DNA from: Octopus vulgaris
Lineage: Eukaryota
DNA length: 64,000 bases
Assembly (NCBI GenBank): GCA_951406725.2
Contig: OX597838.1
Location: forward strand, 31,558,001 to 31,622,000
Direction of reading: 5' to 3'
The notes below the pieces were generated by a model, which saw only the letters and a program-made list of their open reading frames with translations, did not search any database and had not been told where the DNA came from. Position numbers and translations under genes: made by a program. Below, piece after piece: positions 36,354 through 48,023 of this stretch (positions within the stretch are counted from its first letter, which is position 1; each line of letters starts with the position of its first letter).

Positions 36354-38065
36354 TTAATAACAACAACAATACTTTCTAATTTTGGCACAAGGCCATCAAT
36401 TTTATGGAGAAGCAGGATAGTCAATAACATCGATCCCAGTGCTCAACTGGTTCTTAATTAATTTGTTGACCCTGAAAGGATGAAAGGCAAAGTTGATCTC
36501 AGTGGCAACAATTCTTCCTCACTGCTACTACTACCACTACCACCACCACCACCACTACTATTACTACTAACAATAATAATATTAATAATAATTTCTTCTA
36601 ACATTGACATAAGCTATGAACTTGTAGAGATGAATATGATTACTTGGCTTGAATGCAGTAAATTACTGGTACTTCTCAGTTGCAGAGAAGTTGGTAAAGT
36701 GACTGAAATGCTAATGTTAAACTTGACTAATTTGCAGTATATTCTGAGTATGATGATGATGATGATTTCTAATTGTGTCACAAGGTCAGACATTTTGTTG
36801 TGAGGAGTTTGAAGATGTAGTTGATTTAATCAACCTCATTGCTTGATCAATATTTATCATATTGACCTCAGAAAAAAAATCAATAAAAAAACAGTCAATC
36901 TTGGCAAAATTTGAACTCAAGATATAAGGCTGTAACTAAACACCATAAAAAATTTTTCATGATTGACTGACTTTTCACCTGTATATTACTGGTAGTTATT
37001 GCTGTTACTTAACACAAGGTCACTGTTAGGATCAAAGACATTCTGTTCATGACCATCCCATCTCTTTTTATAAGTTCAGTGTATTCAGGACTACATTACT
37101 CAATGTGTCCAAATTGGTTTGTGTTATTTTTTACTGGTGTTGCTGCTTAACTTCAGGTCAGTCCTGTTCAAATACGTCTTTGATCAAAAATGTTCAGGCC
37201 ATCATCATCTTGTCTTTATTGATTTTCAACAATAACATATATTTTTTTGTTTGTTTTTGCTTTTAAGGAAGTAGGATGTAATTTGGAAGGAGATTCGGTT
37301 ATTAATTATAGTGAGTCAAGCAACCATATCTCTCTGTTGGGGTAAAAGATGAAGTCTATCCTGGATATTTGAAAATAAATTATAATAAACATGTGTTCAA
37401 ATCCTGCCTTCTCTTTCTGCCAGCTTACTGCTCCAAGTAACAATTATTGAACTGATACAAATCAAAATCAACAATCCTTTGTAGCTAAGCAGATTTGCTT
37501 TACACCAGAATGAGTTCAATAGCAATTATATTTAAAATGGCACAGGCATACTCCAATGCTTAAACCATTTGCTTCAGCACCTTTGGCAACTGTCTTTAAC
37601 CATATACTTGGTCTGACCCCAAGTAACCATTACATAGACAAAATCTGTAGAGGCTTGTTGAATGGACTGTAGTTGTAATTTAAAGAGTCAGCTTTGTTGT
37701 GTGATTCTCTGCCTAAGGCTTGCATTAAAAGTACAAGTGTCTGCGGAATATTCAGTGATTTACGATATAGTAATTGACTGTGTAGTTAGTTGTGTTGATC
37801 AAACTAATGGGAGACTCCTTTATTTTTGTTTATATTTTATATCACATTTTGTGAACAATATCATCAGAGTAGCAAGTTCCCAGCAGGCTAATCACTGGTT
37901 CGTTGTGTTGACATATTAACTGCCACCTGTACCACTGGTGGTTCACTGCAAACTTCACACAACTGCCATATGCACCACCAGTGGTACATTTTCATAATTT
38001 GAGAAAATATGTCATTTTGTGTCTTTGACATGGTTTTGAGGATATTTAAATGACATGAGTGCTAA

Positions 38066-38378
38066 ATCATCATCATCATCGTTTAGCGTCCACTTTCCAT
38101 GCTAGCATGGGTTGGACGGTTCAACTGGGGTCTGGGAAGCCAGAAGGGCGCACCAGGCCCAGTCTGATCTGGCAATGTTTCTATGGCTGGATGCTCTTCC
38201 TAATGTCAACCACTCCGTGAGTGTAGTGGGTGCTTTTTACGTGCCAGACGAGGCTGGCAAACGGCCACGATCGGATGGTGCTTTTTACGTGCCACCGGCA
38301 AGGAGGCCAGGTGAGGCTGGCAATGGCCACGATCGGATGGTGCTTTTTACATGCCACCGGCATGGTTTTACGTGCCAT
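38066..38378 (-). mobile_element. Family A retroposon
   Basis: (atc)n gtttagcgtccactttccatgctagcatggg... with 3-4 ttttacgtgcca subrepeats. Confidence 0.9.
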
Positions 38379-39289
38379 TAAAGTTTAACAATGAAACATT
38401 GTAAAAATGCAAAATAAGATACATTTCCATGTAATAAAACTATGCAGTGTGACCACATGAAATACATGGCACCATTAATAATTTCCAGTTACAGGCTGTG
38501 GCAATTAATGTATTAAAAAAGGCAAGAGTGACAAGGGAGCATTTGTGAAACTCAGAGAAAAATCACCAAGCATGTTTCCCTTCTCAAGTGCTGGATTATC
38601 AGTTTTGTTGCTGACATTAACGTAAGATATTCTCACACATGTACCCATGTCACAGGCTTCCATATAGTTTCTGCTTGACATTGGTCACTTCAAGTTATGT
38701 TTTGCATGATGACACTTTGCCAGAATAGGATCAAACTTGGTCATTTATCCTAACAACCCCATGTAATATTCATTATGGCTCAGCTAAAAAAAGGGCAGTA
38801 GAGTGACTGAATTGTTAGAATGTCAGAAAAATGCCTTATATTATTTTTTCTGGCCCTTTACATTCAGAGTTCAAGTGATACTGACATCAACTTCACTCTT
38901 CATCTTCCCAGGGTTGATAGAATAAAGTACTAGTCTACTACTAGGGTTGATGTAGTTGACTAGCCTCCTTTCAAAATTGCTGGCCTTGTTCCTAAATTAG
39001 AAACCATTATGAGGTTGACCAATAGTTTCAGCACTACCATGAAGTGCAAACTTTGGTCTGTACAAGCGAAAAGAGGGCTTATAATGATTATACCTATAAA
39101 ATATTTATATTAATTTATGAGCTGAACTTCAAAAAATTTTGAATAAAATAAAATATATTTTGATTAAAAAAAATATATCTGAGTATCAGTTCTCATATGG
39201 TATTTTTTCAAATTGAGAAATGTCTCATTTTTGAGAGTTCTATTACGTGTGTGTGCGTGTGTGTGTGTGTGTGTATATATGTGTATATA

Positions 39290-39392
39290 TCACTGTGATC
39301 ATCGTGACTGACCAGACTATCAGATGTTGCTACACATCGCTGGTCACAATGTGCTTCGCATTGTTTTTTAGCCTTCAAATGACACCACCCCA
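39290..39392 (-). mobile_element. 3' tail fragment of SINE family D (RTE-derived tail)
   Basis: The reverse complement matches 40862-40950 (ggctaaaaaacaatgcgaagcacattgtgaccagcgatgtgtagcaacatctgat). Confidence 0.85.
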
Positions 39393-39423
39393 CTGTGTAT
39401 ATATGTATATATATATATATATC

Positions 39424-40613
39424 TCAGGTCATTAAGAATGAAATGTCTAATTTTGAACTGAAATTTTATTTTTATCTCAACAAAAAGCAATGTAGTTAAT
39501 CAAAGTATACACTTAAATTATCAACACAATTTTGCCATTTTATCAGTAGCTTATTTATGCTGGCAGCAAAGAATTCTGGAGAGCAAGAGGTGATGAAATC
39601 ACGAAAGGCTGTTTTTGCATCTTCTTCGGATTTTAAACTTTTTCCTTGCAAAAAGTTGTCTAACGCCTGGAAAACATGATAGTCTGTTGGTGCAAGGTCT
39701 GGTGAATATGGTGGATGACAGAGTACTTCCAAGTTCAGTTCCTCTAACTTGAGTAGCGTTCTTTGTGCAACATGTAGTTGAGCATTGTCTTGCAAGAGAA
39801 TTGGCCTGTCTCTATTGACCAATCTTGGTTGTTTAATTGCAAGTTCACCCATCATTTCATCCAATTGATTGATGTATACATCTGCTGTAATTGACTTACA
39901 GGTCTCCTGAAGCTGTAGTGGATGACACCAGCGCTGGACCACCAAACAGGCACCATTAACTTTCTTAGGTGTATATTATTTTTGGGATTGTGTTTTGGCA
40001 CTTTGTCTCTATCCAACCACCACACAGAACGCTGGCTATTGTTGAAAAGAATCCATTTTTAATCACATGTAACAATACAATGCAAAGAACAGCAAGTTTC
40101 AAGACGATGTGCCATATGATGCTCACTCAGTTCATGTGGTACCCACTTGTCCAGCTTCTTTACCTTGTCGATTTGTTTCAGATGGTTCAATACAGTTGGA
40201 ATCAAAACATCAAACCTTGCTGCTAACGCATGTGTAGTTTGAGATGTATCCGCTTCCACTACAGTTTTCAGCTCATCATTATTCACCTTGGTCTCAGGTC
40301 TACCACGGGGCTGATTTTCGAGATCAGAACTTCTCAAACCATCGACGTTCAGTGCACTCATTTGCCACATCTTCACCAAACACCTCATTGATGTTTAGAG
40401 CTGTCTGGGATGCATTGGTTCCACGATGTAAATCATAAACAACATGAAGAGAAAACTCACAATATAATCAGACACCATTAATTGCAATTCGCAAAGTGAC
40501 AATGTGACTCTTCAATGTTGTTAAACAAAGAATTGTCAGGATAAAACATTAGAGTTGATGACTGTCAAACTTGGTGCATAAGAAAATCAGACATTTCATT
40601 CTTAATGACCTGA
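39424..40613 (-). mobile_element. mariner (Tc1/mariner, DD34D-type) transposon, both ends present, decayed
   Basis: 25-bp TIRs tcaggtcattaagaatgaaatgtct / agacatttcattcttaatgacctga; TA at 40614-40615; ~1.19 kb; inserted in a TA/TG microsatellite. Confidence 0.93.
39496..40440 (-). pseudogene. mariner transposase pseudogene
   Basis: Split ORFs contain WVPHEL, IVTCD, LQDNA and HPPYSPDLAPTDY; frameshifts and deletions lie between the ORFs. Confidence 0.92.
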
Positions 40614-40619
40614 TAAATA

Positions 40620-40652
<33 letters not shown>

Positions 40653-40662
40653 TTTATATTAT

Positions 40663-40950
40663 ATGGCCCAGTGGTTAGGGCAGCGGACTTGCGGTCGTAG
40701 GATCGCGGTTTCGATTCCCAGACTGGGCGTTGTGAGTGTTTATTGAGCGAAAACACCTAAAAGCTCCACAAGGCTCCGGCAGGGGGTGGTGATCCCTGCT
40801 GTACTCTTTCACCACTCTTTCTCCCACTCTTTCTTCTGTTGGCCTGCTCGCTTAGCCAGCAGGGTGGCGTCATTCGAAGGCTAAAACAATGCGAACGCAT
40901 TGTGACCAGCGATGTGTAACAACATCTGATGGTCTGGTTGGTCACGTGAT
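40663..40950 (+). mobile_element. tRNA(Arg-like)-derived SINE family D, subtype 1 (RTE tail)
   Basis: tggcccagtggttagggcagcggacttgcggtc...ggtttcgattccc (A and B boxes); 3' end homologous to the RTE at 31297-31342. Possibly an octopus OR-type SINE (from memory). Confidence 0.88.
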
Positions 40951-40955
40951 TACAT

Positions 40956-40992
<37 letters not shown>

Positions 40993-41415
40993 TTGTTTCA
41001 GTCATTTGACTGCATCCATGTTGGACCGCCACCTTTAATATATAATTTTAGCATCCACTCTTCCATACTTGTATAAATTGAATGGAATTTGTCAAGGTGC
41101 AGTTTCTACAGCAGGATGCCCCTCCTGTCACCAATCCTCATCTGTTTCCCAGCAAGGTAATATTTCTCCACAACCACACATTGGTTTTGGAAGATTGGAA
41201 ACAAAAGACATTGCTTGTAAGATGGCGATACTCTATTACAACTATCAGGCAATGTCAATACAAGGCGACAGTAACTCAATATACAGACATACATATGATG
41301 GCTGTTGACTCATTAAATGAATATGACCACGGTCAACTAAATAAAGTGTATCATAGCATTACATGTGGGCACAACAATGATTCCTGTCAGTGATTCACAG
41401 AACTTATCGCAGATT

Positions 41416-41766
41416 TCATCATCATCATCATTTAGCGTCCGCTTTCCATGCTAGCATGGGTTGGACGGTTCAACTGGGGTCTGTGAAGCCAGAAGGCTGC
41501 ATCAGGCCCAGTCTGATCTGGCAGTGTTTCTACGGCTGGATGCCCTTCCTAACGCCAACCACTCCGTGAGTGTAGTGGGTGCTTTTTACGTGCCACCCGC
41601 ACAGGTGCCAGATGGAGCTGGCAAACGGCCACGGACGGATGGTGCTTTTTACGTGTCACTGGCATGGGGGCCAGGCAAGGCTGGCAACGGCCACGAACAG
41701 ATGGAGCTTTTATGTGCCACCAGCACGGGGGCCAGGTGAGGCTGGCAACGGCCACGAACGGATGGT
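41416..41766 (-). mobile_element. Family A retroposon
   Basis: Near-identical to 9799-10127, with a longer subrepeat array. Confidence 0.9.
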
Positions 41767-42979
41767 TTTAAATCCGGGTTTTGTCTCTGTTAACGGGGGG
41801 TGGCCAGATCTACCTCAGTGCCATACCTGTTGTTCTGAATCATTCAGATGATTTTCTCTGTACACACTGAGCAATTTATATATGTTTCTTGGCAGACAGT
41901 GCATGTGAGGTTGGCCCCAGTAAGAAAGTTGTAGGTTGTAGCATGTCTTTCTGCATGGCTTCTTAGATCACAATGTGGATTCCTTCACATTGACGTCTGA
42001 CACCCACATTCACATCTGGGTGATTATAATGTAATGAAAGTATAATTCTAGCAAAGGAAGTACAGTAAAGTCTCAATTTAACGGACTCTGATTTAATGGC
42101 TTTTGGATTTAATGGACTGAACTGTGATAAATAAAACAATACTGTGTTCCCACTGAGTATTGTTATAGAGCAAAATATTCTTCAATCTCACTGCTAAAAA
42201 GGGAATTAAAAATTATACTTTATTATAATTTTTCTATTTTTTATATCAAAAACAGTAAAATATGATTCCTAGGCTACCTTCAATTTAAAAGACTTTTAGC
42301 AGACATTAAGGGACACACCTCTTTCCTCCCCCTATATCAGCCCATTGAATCAAGAGTTTACTGTTTATCAAAATAAGTAATTTCATTTCTAGTACACCCT
42401 TCTCCTTCCTCCCTCTCTCTCTTTCTCTTCCCCCTCCCCCCACTGCAAAAATGTCAGGAGGAATTGAATTCAAATTATTGTTGAAGGTCAAGGTCAAAGT
42501 ATGACAGACAGAAGGATGGACACACACACACACACTATATGAAATACGTTTTTGTGGTTTTAACATTAATGGTGTGGCTGCATTAATTTAAACTTTTTAT
42601 TTGTGACAACTTATGTTTTGCATTTTTTAGCTGTTATATATAAAACCTGATTCAAGTTAATGGGGATGGTTAGCACTGCAGTGTTTATAATAATCTCATT
42701 TGTGTAACCGGGCTAATTTATGAGAAAAATAATAATAATAAAGTTCAATTATTGTTTGATGAATTTAATGCATTGAAATAGAGAGAAATGGAATGCCAAG
42801 TGTATTAATTGGTGTCTGACAATAATGAAATAAGTCTGCTCTTTTACTGTTGCCATCAATTTGATTATTGTAATTTATTTAATTTGAAGTATAGCAGAAT
42901 GTATTTGGAGTATTTGATCAACCTTTAAACCCCCAGTTCATAAAAGTCAACAGCTGCAAGGTACTATATCAATAATTAT

Positions 42980-43603
42980 ACTTCAGCATTTAAACCAGCC
43001 ATATCTGGACAAAATATTCCACTTGTTAAATGCTCAAACAGGCCATATTTGGTCTCTTACACCTACCCTGCAATATCATACTAAAAGTAAACATAGGTGC
43101 AGGAGTGGCTGTGTGGTAAGTAGCTTGTTTACCAACCATATGGTTCCGGGTTCAGTCCCACTGCGTGGCACCTTGGGCAAGTGTCTTCTACTATAGCCTC
43201 AGGCTAACCAAAGCCTTGTGAGTGGATTTGGTAGACGGAAACTGAAAGAAGCCTGTTGTATATATGTATATATATATATGTGTGCGTGTATGTTTGTGTT
43301 TGTCCCCCTAGCATTGCCTGACAACCGATGCTGGTGTGTTTATGTCCCCGTCACTTAGCAGTTTGGCAAAAGAGACCGATAGAATAAGTAACTGGGCTTA
43401 CAAAGAATAAGTCCTGGGGTCGAGTTGCTCGATTAAAGGCGGTGCTCCAGCATGGCCACAGTCAAATGACTGAAACAAGTAAAAGAGGTAAAAGAGTGAT
43501 CGTGCCATTGAAATCTCAAGACTACAAGTTAATGTAGGATTAATTTAAGAGAATGTCAATAAATAAGCATTACATTTAAGAGACTAATATGAATGCTAAA
43601 GGG
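42980..43603 (+). mobile_element. MITE family F (piggyBac-like), split by a SINE B insertion
   Basis: 5' part agcatttaaaccagccatatctgg...; the 3' part resumes at ~43500 and ends aatgctaaaggg|ttaa (43604-43607). Confidence 0.78.
43096..43496 (+). mobile_element. SINE family B nested in MITE F
   Basis: Full-length family B match. Confidence 0.92.
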
Positions 43604-43664
43604 TTAATAGTGGTGCTACAGTAATAGTTATATTAATGGTGGTGCTGTAGTAATAGTTATACTA

Positions 43665-43880
43665 TGAGGGGTGCTGAAAAGTTCCTGGCTTTCGGTAAAA
43701 GAATATACAGGAGGATCCAATAATCATGATTTTATTCAACATATTTTCCTCTGAAATTCACACACTTATTGCAGTGGTCCTTCAGTTCTTCTAAGCCCTG
43801 TATAAGATCTCAGAAGGTTGGGCCTCCAACCAGGCCTTTCATGATGCCCTTTAAACCAGGAACTTTTCAGTAGCCCCTCA
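43665..43880. mobile_element. Tc1/mariner-type MITE
   Basis: TIRs tgaggggtgctgaaaagttcctgg / ccaggaacttttcagtagcccctca; TA at 43663-43664 and 43881-43882. Confidence 0.88.
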
Positions 43881-44030
43881 TATATTAATATATATATTAA
43901 TAGTACTATAGTAATAGTTGTACTGTTAATAGTGGTGCTATAGTAATTAGTAGAGCGTGTGCAAAATCATCAAATTGGAATTATTAGCTTATAGTCCTGC
44001 TGTGTAGGGCCTCTGTGGACTAAAGGATAA

Positions 44031-44359
44031 AGACCTCCTTCGGTCATGAATGACCATGGGATTGCACCCAGAAAGATTTCTGAGGCATAAGTGTCTGGGC
44101 AAAGTTGTTTATGGAAGACCAGCAGTCACTCGTGCATACCAGTCTCCCCTCTCCACACCACTGATCTTATCCAAGGGAAAGGGCAAGGGGTCCAATACAA
44201 CTTGTGGCACTAGTGATCTTGTAACTCATTTCTACAGCTGAGTGAACTGGAGCAACGCAAACTAAAGTGTCTTTCTCAAGAACACAGCACACAGCCCGGT
44301 CTGGGAATTGAACTCACTACCTCATGATTGTGAGCCTGATGCTCTAACCACTGAGCCAT
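44031..44359 (-). mobile_element. SINE family E
   Basis: Colinear with 7331-7670 (ccttcggtcatga...accatgggattgcacc...ctcatttctacagctgagtgaactgg...ctgagccat). Confidence 0.88.
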
Positions 44360-45345
44360 TTATCAGTTTCTTTTGCTGAACAAAGTCATGGAGATGTAAA
44401 CAAACCAATACTGGTTGTCAAACTGTGATGTAGTATAAATACAAAGATGCACACACACACACACTATGGCTTCCCACACGGTTTCCGTCTATCAAATTCA
44501 TTAATAAGGCACTGGTTGGCTCAGAGCTCTAGTAGAAGACAGTCACCCAGGGTTACATTCAGTGGGACTGAACCTGAAACCATGTAGTTGCAAAATGAGC
44601 TTCTTAGCCACACAGCCATACCTGCTTACTAGATCTCATGGAAGAAGTAGTTGTCAAGGAGTTATTGAACTGCTGAAATAGATGTACACTCATAAAAAAA
44701 AAAAATCTTGAAGTAGGAAGTTGTTATTCTTCTATGTGTGTGTGTGTGTGGTGAGAGAGAGTGTGTGCCAAGTAAAGTAAAGGTTATATACACCATAACC
44801 TTGTCCTATATTTCCTGTATGGAAAAACTGTACCAATTCTGCATTTCTATATCTGTTTCAACATTTAAAGAAATAGACTGAGAAAACAACATTTTAGTTC
44901 TTGTAGCCAATTTTCCTCCCATATGGGATCACTACTCCTTAATTATGTGTAACTTGATACTAAATAATGGAGTCCTATTTTCAAACTGGATATTCTCATC
45001 CTTAAATAAACTGACTTGAAATAAATATATCACTGAAAAGAAAGAGATAATTTATGTCAGAATCAAATGATTATTTGTATTTTTTCCTGTTATTTTTGTT
45101 TTGATTTTTGTGTTGTAGAAACTTATTGTGTGTCCATTAAATCAAAACATGTTATTTAACCCTAGGTTGGTCGTAACTGGCTGGTTTTATGAATTAGTCA
45201 TTCCAGCCATAATCATCATTTAACCTTTTTGTGTATTTTGAACTATATTATACAATGGGCCCTTCCTTTTTTTTACGATGATTGAGTGTGATTTGAGGCG
45301 ATTTGGTTGCAGTTTCTAGTAGGGTGAACTTGAATAAGCATACCT

Positions 45346-45568
45346 ATTTTTTTACTACCCACAAGGGGATAAACACAGAGGGGACAAACAAGGACATCAA
45401 GTCGATTATATCGACCCCAGTGCGTCACTGGTACTTAATTTATCGACCTCGAAAGGATGAAAGGCAAAGTCGACCTCGGTGGAATTTGAACTCAGAACGT
45501 AGCGCTAGACGAAATACCGCAAAGCATTTCGCGCGGCGTGCTAACGTTTCTGCCAGCTCGCCGCCTAT
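45346..45568 (-). mobile_element. SINE family C
   Basis: Full head (ctgccagctcgccgcc on +); TSD ataa(g/a)catacct at 45334-45345 and 45569-45580. Confidence 0.9.
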
Positions 45569-46659
45569 ATAAACATACCTGTCTCAGAACACTGTGTACC
45601 CCTATCACACATTCCTTTCATAACTATCATTCATTCCTTTATCACTCATGCTTCTCACTCTGTAAAGAGGCTGGTGAGCAAATAGATGTGAGGTTGTCAA
45701 GGACATGGCTATCTCTCTAGTGACGGTGCCATGAGATAAAGTAACCATTACACCCAGAAAGTGGTTTGTGTTAGGAAGGACATTCAGCTGTGGCAGCCAA
45801 TCAAAAATGAAATCCATGTGATAAGTGCCCCTACCTGTTCATCTAGGTGAATAAGTACCTTTCATTATGTGCCGACTCTGACTACAATGACCCAGCCAAC
45901 ACATGCTAGCATGGAAAGCAGATGCAAAATGATGACAACAATAATTTAAATACAAGCACTTAAAGTGTGGATGCTCTAAGGTTGGTTGGTAATGTTATAT
46001 TTGATTGACATAACTGGCACTTCTTTTGTTTAAAAAATACCTTCTAGCTCAAAATAATTCTCTCCCACAGAAACTTGTCACATATCTATTCAATGGAAAT
46101 TACCATCATGTACTGATGCGTCACCAAAGAATATTGCTTAAGATTTGCTTGTATCATATTTCTAGCTGTTATGCCTGTTAATGTCTCTAGGCCCTCCATC
46201 AACATCTGTTAAACCTTGTAGAGCTAAACAATAATTTTTTTTCTGCTGTAATATCTAGACACAGCTAAAGAAGATATCGTTTCAAGCATCTTTTCTAACT
46301 CATTTTGTGTAATCTTTCCATGCCAAAACTTAACCCTTGCTGAATGGGAACCAGGTATACTTGGCTCTGCACATGTGCACTTGAGATACAGGAATATGAG
46401 TTAGCTCATTCTTAATAAAGAGGCACCTTCTGAAATTCTCTGCATTTCATATTACATAGTATATACATTTTCTTTTCACTGGCCAATAGAAAGGGTGTTG
46501 CAAGAACTGATTTGCATATGATTAAAGTTTTTACATCGCACAAAAATTTCATTACCAAAGAGAAGCTCTAATGTTTATATAGCTTAATATATTGGAAAAG
46601 TATTGAAGTATCTGAAATATTTTAGAGTATTTGTTTCTGACTTTATACAATCTAAATTT

Positions 46660-47047
46660 GGATCTTTTGGTTTGAACGGCAGTTTTTTCTAGCGGTGTCA
46701 TATGAAATTCTCACCCATAATTATGACCCTAGTATTGATCTATTGCATTTCAATCTATTTTATTATTAGTTGGGGTTAAGGTATCTTTTTTTCTTCACAA
46801 ATGTAAATAAACCCAATCTGTTTCTTAAACGAGGGACATGTTGTTTACCTCAATGGATGTCAGTGATTGGTTGAAATTGCAGAAATTGAAGAAAAAAACA
46901 ACAAATATCTTACAAACTATAGAATTTTCTCAATAAAGCCAAGAGAAAAAGATGTTTTATAAACACATTCTACCAGTATGCGAAGTTTAAAATTTTTTAG
47001 TTACCTAGAAATTATGTTAGAAACTGCCGTTCAAACCGAAAAGATCC
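46660..47047. mobile_element. MITE with ~26-bp TIRs and imperfect 8-bp TSD, superfamily uncertain
   Basis: ggatcttttggtttgaacggcagttt / aaactgccgttcaaaccgaaaagatcc; flanks ctaaattt (46652-46659) and cttaattt (47048-47055). Confidence 0.85.
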
Positions 47048-48023
47048 CTTAATTTAAATCCTGCCTGGTTCACTTTGCTCTTTCATCATTTTTAGAATGA
47101 TATAAGAAGTACTTGGGGCTCAATGTAATTAGCTATGTAAATTCTGGGAAGTAATTCCCCAGCCTGGCTACATTACTGTGACTGGCACCAGTAAAAGAAT
47201 AAATGACTGAAATTTGTTGAAATAAACTTAACAATATGTTTAATTTGATTCATATGTCAGCTAACACTTCTCTCTCATAATGTCTTCATTTTCTGGCTGA
47301 AAATGTTTTGTTTTTACTCTAGCAATGTATGACCTGAAGGAGGTTAGAAAAATATCTGAATAATGAAAGAGCTGGTAGAAATTAATTGATATCACTGCTA
47401 AGAGCAAAACATCAGTAAATTCAAACATAGCTCAAGGCCACAAATGTTGTGGTGGGGATTGGCGCTAGTACATAACTATTTCTGGAAGGACAAATGGTAA
47501 CGCCAGTCTGTGGGATGTTTCCTCAGACACTAAAGAAATTTGTAAGTTAATACTACAAGGTATTTTGTCTGCAGGTTTACTGATTGTGCTAGTAAGTAAT
47601 TTAGTAGATAAACCTGGGTTTGATTCTCAGTTATTGCTTTTTAAGCTCTTTTTATATATCTGGCACCTTTATAAAACATGAACATTACAATTATCATTTT
47701 TCATTTCCTGAGAACTTAATAAAGCTGATCACATGAAAGATCAAGCAATTGACTATTTATTGCACTAATACTTGACCCATATATTTATTCCTTCTTAATT
47801 AAAATGTCTGAAGCTGTTTAACTGATTAAGTATGTAAATATGATTAGGGAAAAAAATTACTGAATTATCTAAGTGTTTGACTGGAGTTGTCATTAATCAA
47901 GTTATTTTAGAAAGGAAGAAACGGAAGGCATGTGGACTTTGTAAACCCTAACAAATCTACTCTGTCTGGGGGAACAGTAGATCTGAATAAATTGATATGG
48001 ATTGAAGAGGACTCCAGATTTGC

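Noticed and set aside
39496-39945. SETMAR-like host gene or active transposase
   Set aside because: Bounded by TIRs, frameshifted, with no SET domain nearby; a decayed mariner.
40663-40735. tRNA gene
   Set aside because: The tRNA-like head continues into a SINE body and LINE-derived tail, with a second copy at 63130; no complete acceptor stem or terminator seen.
42061-42120. Tigger-like left end (tacagtaaagtctcaatttaacgga); similar single end near 1722
   Set aside because: No matching right TIR found, so not listed as a feature.
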